Source: Cylindrospermopsis raciborskii Cr2010
Lineage (GTDB): Bacteria > Cyanobacteriota > Cyanobacteriia > Cyanobacteriales > Nostocaceae
DNA: 32,000 nucleotides
Direction of reading: 5' to 3'
Assembly: GCF_003367075.2 (NCBI RefSeq)
Contig: NZ_CP065936.1
Location: forward strand, 60,001-92,000
A program made the position numbers and the translations under genes. Shown piece after piece: positions 25,761 to 32,000 of the stretch. Below the pieces are notes generated by a model. The model ran no database searches. It was given only the letters and a program-made list of their open reading frames with translations, and had not been told where the DNA came from. Each line of letters begins with the position of its first letter. Within the stretch, counting starts at the first letter, position 1.

Positions 25761-26672
25761 ATGAAAAAGAACTTATTTCCCACACTATCTGGCATAACTC
25801 TATTAGCTCTCCTCGGATCATTGCCAATGATTGCAAGCGCCCAAACAGCTGATCGCTCAGCCCCAGTTCCCACTCTACAACTAAATATCACAACAGGTGG
25901 TGATGACTTGCGGGAAGGTAGCGTGGCCTATGCTGAAATTCGTCTTCGAGACGGTAGAACCTTACCAAAAACCAATTTAAATGGTGGTAGAGGTTTGGGT
26001 GGTAACTCCAGAAACTCCTTTTCCGTATCTTTACCCACTGGGATACAACTGGGCGATCTAGATGGATCCCTTCTTACTATTAGTCACGACGGCGCACCCC
26101 GCCGCTTTCCTGATGGATATGACAACTGGAATGTGGATGCTATGAGTGTAACAACTGCACGAGTTTGCTCCGGTGGGTTGTCTGTATCTAGCGCTACGGG
26201 TAGTCCTTGGGTTCGTTTTACCGGCGGCAAAACCTTTGAAGCCGTACCCTTTCGTGCCCCAGATACATCCCGTGAAGCCAGTCCTTCATCTCTAGGATTA
26301 AAGATAGTAACAGGTGGTGATGACCTACGAGAGGGTAGTGTGGCCTATGCTGAAATTCGTCTTCGAGACGGTAGAACATTACCTAGGGTGAACTTGACTG
26401 GTGGTAGGGGACTGACGGGTAACTCAGTTCGCAATTTTTCTGTATCTCTACCTGCAGGTACACGACTGGGCGATCTTGCAACCTTCACCTTGTCCCATGA
26501 TGGTGCGCCGCGTCGTCCCTTCGATGGCTATGATAATTGGAATGTGGATAGTTTGAATGTGACCACACCTGAAGTTTGCTCTAGCGTATCACTTGCTAAC
26601 CTCTCTGGCCGTCCTTGGGTTCGTTTTACCGGTGGCAAAACCTTTGAAACGGTAACACTACGTGTGCGATAA
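25761..26672 (+). CDS. Secreted protein made of two near-identical ~139-aa repeats
   Basis: Signal peptide MKKNLFPTLSGITLLALLGSLPMIASA. TGGDDLREGSVAYAEIRLRDGRTLP and WVRFTGGKTFE each occur twice. Confidence 0.88.
   Translation: MKKNLFPTLSGITLLALLGSLPMIASAQTADRSAPVPTLQLNITTGGDDLREGSVAYAEIRLRDGRTLPKTNLNGGRGLGGNSRNSFSVSLPTGIQLGDLDGSLLTISHDGAPRRFPDGYDNWNVDAMSVTTARVCSGGLSVSSATGSPWVRFTGGKTFEAVPFRAPDTSREASPSSLGLKIVTGGDDLREGSVAYAEIRLRDGRTLPRVNLTGGRGLTGNSVRNFSVSLPAGTRLGDLATFTLSHDGAPRRPFDGYDNWNVDSLNVTTPEVCSSVSLANLSGRPWVRFTGGKTFETVTLRVR
25892..26664 (+). repeat. Intragenic tandem duplication, period 417 bp
   Basis: AACAGGTGGTGATGAC at 25892 and again at 26309. Long near-identical tracts follow, e.g. 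GCCTATGCTGAAATTCGTCTTCGAGACGGTAGAAC. Confidence 0.85.
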
Positions 26673-26793
26673 TTATTAATTATGTGATACGTTGAGTATT
26701 CGAGAGCGGTAGGCTTCAAAATCACCGATTTTAATTGAACGCCAATAAGCCGATCGCTTTTCCTGGGTTGAGTGGGAATTACTTTAGTACCAC

Positions 26794-27027
26794 CTATTCT
26801 CCATAAATCTCTTCGAATACAGATGTTAGCCCCGCATTTAAATCTTGCAGTGCTGCATCGATACTTTCATAAGTTTCTTTTCCTTCCCAAAGTGTTCCAC
26901 CACAATCTAGTGCACGGATAAAAGAATTTAAGGGACCATTGTCATCGTAGCCAATTTCAATCAAACCTTCATGTTCATCAACCCATCGAGCAATATTCGG
27001 ATAGGTTTTTTCGAATGAAACTTTCAT
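26794..27027 (-). CDS. Small conserved hypothetical protein (77 aa)
   Basis: KVSFEKTYPNIARWVDEHEGLIEIGYDDNG; looks like a family common in cyanobacteria. Function unknown. Confidence 0.65.
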   Translation of the reverse strand: MKVSFEKTYPNIARWVDEHEGLIEIGYDDNGPLNSFIRALDCGGTLWEGKETYESIDAALQDLNAGLTSVFEEIYGE

Positions 27028-27129
27028 ATTTTCCCAAGTTCGCTAAAATACTAACTATATCTTACCAAAAGTGTTGCAAGAATGCACCCTCAAATCGGGG
27101 ACCTCCATTATCATAAAATTACCTCCTGC

Positions 27130-28548
27130 TTAATTATCACCTAGTACAATCAGATCACGTAGATAATAAAACTGATCAGTCCTCCAATCCGTACCTCTTT
27201 TTTTACCCAAATATCCTGTCAGAGGTGATGATAGTTCTATCAATATTTCGTGCATCTCTTCAAGTTTTAATGGGACTGATGAGGGTGTGCCAAAATAAAC
27301 GCCATGTAAATTACCTACCATTGCAAATTCTAGTCCTGAATTGCGCAAATATTCCTTGACTAATCTCACCAGATGGGATCGTATCTTGATTTGCTTCTCT
27401 ACTTTTTCTATATATTCGTCAATCCCATCATCTATTTGACCAGGTTCTAAATATTCCTTTAATTCTAGAAGATTTACTGCTCCTGGATATGTGGCTTTTA
27501 GTTGCACTAATTTTTGTAATGTCATGGCTTTGATAATACTAGTTTTGGAAATTTTGGCAGATCTGATCAACGATTGTTGCAGCTGTTTGGTAGGACCACC
27601 CGGTCCAATAATTAAACGCACTGCTTGCAAATAATTTTCTTGCAAGTGTCTTTTAGCAATTCTATCTAATTCTTCTACTGCACGGTCTGGAATACTTTTA
27701 CCAGATTTACATTCACAAACTAGAGGAAACGGGTCAGAACAATATAAATCTAACCCTCCTACACCCCCTTTATAGCTATTTTCTACTCTAAATCCCAAAA
27801 ATTCTAAACCTCGTCGACAAATATTCTCAAAGTCTGTACCTGCTTGATAGTTACTTTTCCTCTCTTCTAGTTCTATACTTCTATCCCCTAAAAAGGAAAT
27901 GGTTTTTATCCAATCTAAATCAGAATTTACAGTCCCTTTCTGTTTAACATTACTCCATCCTAGAAATTCTCTAATTTCCTGTTGTAATTGCTGGTAAACA
28001 GGAAATTCTGGGCTACTTTTCATCAGGGATGATAACAGACTATCTAGTTTTTCTATTTGAGGGTGTAAAGGAGGTTGGCGATTTTCTAGTCTTTTCTGAC
28101 GTTGAAGAAACACATAATCATCTAATACAGGTTGATTTTCTGACGTATATATATCATCTAAAGGTATGAATTTTCCCAGCTTTTGCTCAATGTTGGGGAA
28201 TGTTTTAACTTTGACAAATGTATCTAAATAGTAAACCCGTAAATGAGCTAGAAAAAAATGCGGACGTTTTTCTAGTATTTGCCGAAAAAAATCTGGTTCC
28301 CGCATGGTTAACTGAGCTAGAATGTCTAAAGGACCGGTTTTATCAATAATTTGACAACCTTGACATCTAGCCCAACATTTTATTAAAACTTCTTGAGAAT
28401 TCAGATCAGCTGGAAACAAGGCAAAAGCCTGTCCACTACCCATTAGTAACTTCTGTGGTATAACACTAATAATTCGTCCTTGTATTAGGTGTTCAATATC
28501 AATATCTGGTAAGCAGAGGGCATTATAAATTAAGACAGATTTACTCAT
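27130..28548 (-). CDS. PD-(D/E)XK (restriction-endonuclease-like) nuclease with extra N- and C-terminal regions
   Basis: GTDFENICRRGLEFLGFRVENSYKGGVGGLDLYCSDPFPLVCECKSGK: E...GGLDL...ECK catalytic-core pattern. Confidence 0.82.
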   Translation of the reverse strand: MSKSVLIYNALCLPDIDIEHLIQGRIISVIPQKLLMGSGQAFALFPADLNSQEVLIKCWARCQGCQIIDKTGPLDILAQLTMREPDFFRQILEKRPHFFLAHLRVYYLDTFVKVKTFPNIEQKLGKFIPLDDIYTSENQPVLDDYVFLQRQKRLENRQPPLHPQIEKLDSLLSSLMKSSPEFPVYQQLQQEIREFLGWSNVKQKGTVNSDLDWIKTISFLGDRSIELEERKSNYQAGTDFENICRRGLEFLGFRVENSYKGGVGGLDLYCSDPFPLVCECKSGKSIPDRAVEELDRIAKRHLQENYLQAVRLIIGPGGPTKQLQQSLIRSAKISKTSIIKAMTLQKLVQLKATYPGAVNLLELKEYLEPGQIDDGIDEYIEKVEKQIKIRSHLVRLVKEYLRNSGLEFAMVGNLHGVYFGTPSSVPLKLEEMHEILIELSSPLTGYLGKKRGTDWRTDQFYYLRDLIVLGDN

Positions 28549-28570
28549 AATTCATTAATACTAGGCAATT

Positions 28571-30511
28571 TTAACCGAAAAGATCAGCTAAGTCATCTTC
28601 TTTTTCTGCTTCATTTATATCAGAATTAGAGAACAATTCCTCTATAATGTCTTCATCACTGACCTGAATCATGGTTCCAGATGGATCACTGAGAATTTCT
28701 CTCAATAAGAGATTATCAAAGGTAATTTTGTTTTGGCGAATAATATCAAAAATCTCCTGTTCAGTTAGTTGGTAATTTTCTCGCTTTTGATAAATATGCA
28801 ATATTGCTATGAGTGGTCGAATTTGATTGTCGATTAGATCTACATTTTCTCCTCCTTTTTCTGATATCAATTCATTGAGTAACTTATAGCTCTCTGATTT
28901 TTTCTTCATTTGTTCTATCTTAGCATAAGAACGAACCAAACAGCCACGAGTCAAATCAAATGTTTCATAATCATTTAAGCGCTTCAAGCAAGCATTTAAT
29001 GTGAAAAGAGTATCCTGAACAACTGCTAAACCAATTTTTACCAGTCTTCCATTCTCATGTCCAACAATTTTGAACCTGATAAAATTCTTATTTTTACTCT
29101 TTGGTTGCACATCATCAATAATTTCTTCTATCATTACTTGTTCTAGCACCTGTCCTTTTAAAGTGGTAAATCCAAAATACAGAGCTTCTGCAATCAGGTC
29201 GCTATCCTCTGAATAATCTTTAATATCAGTAGCCATTTCCCTAGTAAATCCCAGTTCAAATCTGGAAGCAGGATCTTGAGGAAGCTGTTCTTCTTGTACA
29301 CGAAAATTGTTGGCGCACCATTGTAAGGCCTCTCTAACAGTTGGTTTATTTTTACCATATTCTTTAAGTTGGCTTTCTGAAAATGGATAAAGTATATGGG
29401 GAGGAATTAAATTTTTTGAAGTATAATATTCATTGAGCCATATAGCGACTATATCTAATATGGAGTTTGTGTTGAGAGGTTCTAAATCTATGGGTTTTCG
29501 TTGGGTAAACTTAGAAATTCGGTGAGGTGTACCATCGAGGAGAGAATTGACCTGCTCTTTCCATACTGCTGGTAACATTACCGTAATAATAACTACTCCT
29601 TTGCCCAAGTCTGAGTTTTCTAGGGTGTCATGAAGAATTTTTACAAAAGTGGCGATCACGGTTCCTGTAGGATACCCATCTTCTGTTGAGTTATTTTTGA
29701 CATCCATTTCATCAAAACAAATGACAACTGAGTTATAATAACTAACCAAATTGAGAACTTGTTGGATATTTTTCAGAGCTTCTGCTTCTCTCTCCTGATT
29801 AGTTCTACTAGGATTAGGTAGTCCCAACTCATGAGCATTTGCTTCAGATAACTCTTCACCAGATAGCCATCTAATAGCAAAGGGAGCTTGAGTTTCTGAC
29901 AGTGTCCACAGGATGGCACGAATAATATAGGGATCTGCATCGGGTCTATTTTTCATTACCATTCTTTGGAGAACATTCATCAAGTCTTGATTAGTTCCTT
30001 GCTTCTTCTTATAGGTTTTATCAAAGTTTTTTATTAATTCTGCAGCAGGTTTAGTATTCTCTCTATTTTCACTAGCCATAGCTGTAGCAACTTCTTGCCA
30101 TTGCATTACTCCTTGACTACCAGTTTTGCTCAAACTATCTGCTAGGGTTTGTTGAAATTGATACTTTACTAAATTTAAATCAGTATAATTATTAGCACTT
30201 GCATAAATAAACAAAGCACCTCCCTCTTTTTCTAATTGATGACGAATTCGACTCAAAAGATGAGTTTTACCAACTCCTTGCTGTGCGGTAATGGCAATAG
30301 AAGTTATTTTATCTTGACTATGTTTTGTCTGACGAACAAACTCAATGGCTTCAAATATCTTTTTAGAAGCATGCTGGTTTAATGTTGTCACATCAGGAAA
30401 TCCTTTACCCCAAATATTCTGTTCTTTAACAATGCCCGCATTGATAAAAGGATTGTGACTATTAATAGCAGCATTGACGGATTCTATGGGCGAACTCGGT
30501 GTGTTTGTCAT
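28571..30511 (-). CDS. Large P-loop (AAA+/Orc-like) ATPase, 646 aa
   Basis: Walker A AITAQQGVGKTHLL, Walker B SVVICFDEMD, sensor-like GVVIITVMLPAVW, LEPLNTNSILDIVAIWL, and a KPTVREALQWCANNF tail motif. Confidence 0.88.
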   Translation of the reverse strand: MTNTPSSPIESVNAAINSHNPFINAGIVKEQNIWGKGFPDVTTLNQHASKKIFEAIEFVRQTKHSQDKITSIAITAQQGVGKTHLLSRIRHQLEKEGGALFIYASANNYTDLNLVKYQFQQTLADSLSKTGSQGVMQWQEVATAMASENRENTKPAAELIKNFDKTYKKKQGTNQDLMNVLQRMVMKNRPDADPYIIRAILWTLSETQAPFAIRWLSGEELSEANAHELGLPNPSRTNQEREAEALKNIQQVLNLVSYYNSVVICFDEMDVKNNSTEDGYPTGTVIATFVKILHDTLENSDLGKGVVIITVMLPAVWKEQVNSLLDGTPHRISKFTQRKPIDLEPLNTNSILDIVAIWLNEYYTSKNLIPPHILYPFSESQLKEYGKNKPTVREALQWCANNFRVQEEQLPQDPASRFELGFTREMATDIKDYSEDSDLIAEALYFGFTTLKGQVLEQVMIEEIIDDVQPKSKNKNFIRFKIVGHENGRLVKIGLAVVQDTLFTLNACLKRLNDYETFDLTRGCLVRSYAKIEQMKKKSESYKLLNELISEKGGENVDLIDNQIRPLIAILHIYQKRENYQLTEQEIFDIIRQNKITFDNLLLREILSDPSGTMIQVSDEDIIEELFSNSDINEAEKEDDLADLFG

Positions 30512-30594
30512 TGTTGTTGTTATGTTTAAGGAATAGGAAACTTCAAAAAGAAAAATGAAGTTCTTGTATTGAGTTAAATTGAGTTGGAAGCATT

Positions 30595-31278
30595 TTAAAC
30601 TAACCGTTTAGCGTAAGACCGCAGTTGAGTTCCGGGAATAAGAATACTGTCTTCCTGTTTATCAGCGGTGAAATCTGGTATTTCCCCGGAAATGAGCTGT
30701 AAAATATCATCAGCTTGCATTTCTACTAACCACTGATTGAACTTTCCCCTCTCCACTCTTTCTCCTATTTCTCTTCTCAGTCTATAAATTGGAACTAAGT
30801 TGTCAAAATTGTATTGATTATCCAAAAGACTATAAACTTCTAATAATACGGATTTAAATTCCTCATAGGAAGCAATAACCTTACTATTAGTAGATTCACT
30901 AGCTTTTATTTCCGGTGTTGATGGTGTTGAGTGGGATTGACGTAGTAAAAGCAATAAAGCATTAGCAACCCAAGCACCAACGTTCTTATCAAATTTAAAT
31001 TCCTTATTAGAGAGTCCATTGTGTAAAGTATTAATACCCACAGGTATGGTGATTGTATAACTAACCGTCGCACCTTTCTTTGTGATGGTAATAGCACCAT
31101 CTGCTTCTAAATGTTCTATTATTTGCTGATAGTCAATCATTCTTTGACCTTTAGAGACTATGCGCTTGCCTAACTGACCTTTGGTTACCTTCTGCTCCCC
31201 TGCTCCTAAATCCCATAATGCCAGTAGCAGTCTGGTCTGAGCATAGTTTCCTTGTAATCCTTGTTTTTTTGAAGCCAT
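30595..31278 (-). CDS. Putative winged-helix protein, first gene of a three-gene cassette
   Basis: QTRLLLALWDLGAGEQKVTKGQLGKRI...YQQIIEHLEADGAITITKKGATVSYTIT resembles a winged helix. A second helical/wing-like region is FDNLVPIYRLRREIGERVERGKFNQWLVEMQADDILQLI. Confidence 0.65.
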   Translation of the reverse strand: MASKKQGLQGNYAQTRLLLALWDLGAGEQKVTKGQLGKRIVSKGQRMIDYQQIIEHLEADGAITITKKGATVSYTITIPVGINTLHNGLSNKEFKFDKNVGAWVANALLLLLRQSHSTPSTPEIKASESTNSKVIASYEEFKSVLLEVYSLLDNQYNFDNLVPIYRLRREIGERVERGKFNQWLVEMQADDILQLISGEIPDFTADKQEDSILIPGTQLRSYAKRLV

Positions 31279-31397
31279 ACTTCTTAGTTCCTAAACAACT
31301 CTAACAATCTTAACACTTAATGGTACTCTTTTTATTACCAAAATTCACGGGTGAATAACTACCTATCTGAGACTTCCTAACTTTTACTTAGACGCAA

Positions 31398-31847
31398 CTA
31401 CCCCTTGTTTTTAATCAACATAACATCAACAATTTTTGAAGCTACTTCCTCCGATAAGTCTAAAGCTTTATATAAATCACCCAAAAGATCTTCTTCCTCC
31501 TGAGTAACTTCCCCATCTGCTAAAATAAGATCCGAAACCACAGCAAAAGCAGTTTCATGCAAATCACGAGGTAGGGAAGAAACAGCAGATTGAAGAAGAT
31601 TACTAAATCCGTCTCTTTTTATCAAAAACAACAATCTATCAAACAACTTTCGTATCACATCAGTAGAATAACTACGAAATAACTTCATCCTATTTAGCGA
31701 AGCCATTAAACCTAATACCTCTTCATCTGAACAGTATCCATCTGCAGTAATTGAAATAAGGGCAATACCAGCTAAAGCCTCTGCAGGACTCATAACGGTC
31801 TGATTTTCATTACGCAACTGTGAAAAACGATTTCCAAACAAAGCCAT
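31398..31847 (-). CDS. TerB-like (tellurite-resistance TerB family) domain protein
   Basis: Two acidic helical signatures: SITADGYCSDEEVLGLMASL and DLILADGEVTQEEEDLLGDLYKALDL. Confidence 0.75.
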   Translation of the reverse strand: MALFGNRFSQLRNENQTVMSPAEALAGIALISITADGYCSDEEVLGLMASLNRMKLFRSYSTDVIRKLFDRLLFLIKRDGFSNLLQSAVSSLPRDLHETAFAVVSDLILADGEVTQEEEDLLGDLYKALDLSEEVASKIVDVMLIKNKG

Positions 31848-32000
31848 AAGTGCCTCCTACAAGACGTGTTAAATTTAGAACAAAAACGGCTTTTACATCT
31901 AGCGCAAAAATTATACTAGACTTTCACCTAAGTTTCAAAATGACCATAGCAAGTTACATCATCCCGTTACATCTATCTCAAGATAGATATTTAACTCGTT

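Noticed and set aside
30906-31100. 64-aa minus-strand ORF inside gene 1 of the cassette
   Set aside because: Same strand but different frame within the larger 30595-31278 ORF; no sign of a real nested gene.

Overview
This 32-kb window comes from a filamentous, probably heterocyst-forming, gas-vacuolate cyanobacterium. The gene content looks Nostocales-like (Cylindrospermopsis/Raphidiopsis/Dolichospermum type), but genus is inference. From left to right it holds: a tandem gvpA array on the minus strand, running off the left edge; a probable CcmS-like gene; a tRNA-Thr(CGT) abutting pgeF; uninterrupted hupS-hupL uptake hydrogenase genes; a PLP enzyme, a PNPOx-like protein and RNase HI with a C-terminal extension; cruG/cruF-type myxoxanthophyll genes; rpmA/rplU; pcxA; and several envelope and cell-wall proteins, including a polysaccharide deacetylase fused to a phosphodiester-glycosidase domain. 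Next come a decayed Uma2 fragment, a class II-type Fic protein behind a repeat-rich upstream region, a protein joining an FHA domain to an FAD/NAD(P)-like oxidoreductase, and a thioredoxin/CcdA pair followed by a secreted tandem-repeat protein. At the right end (27130-31278, minus) is a compact three-gene cassette: a putative winged-helix protein, a large P-loop ATPase with an Orc/BrxC-like flavour, and a PD-(D/E)XK nuclease. It matches no named system I can recognise and is the best candidate here for an undescribed DNA-processing or defence system. All names are read from motifs and family resemblance, with no database search.
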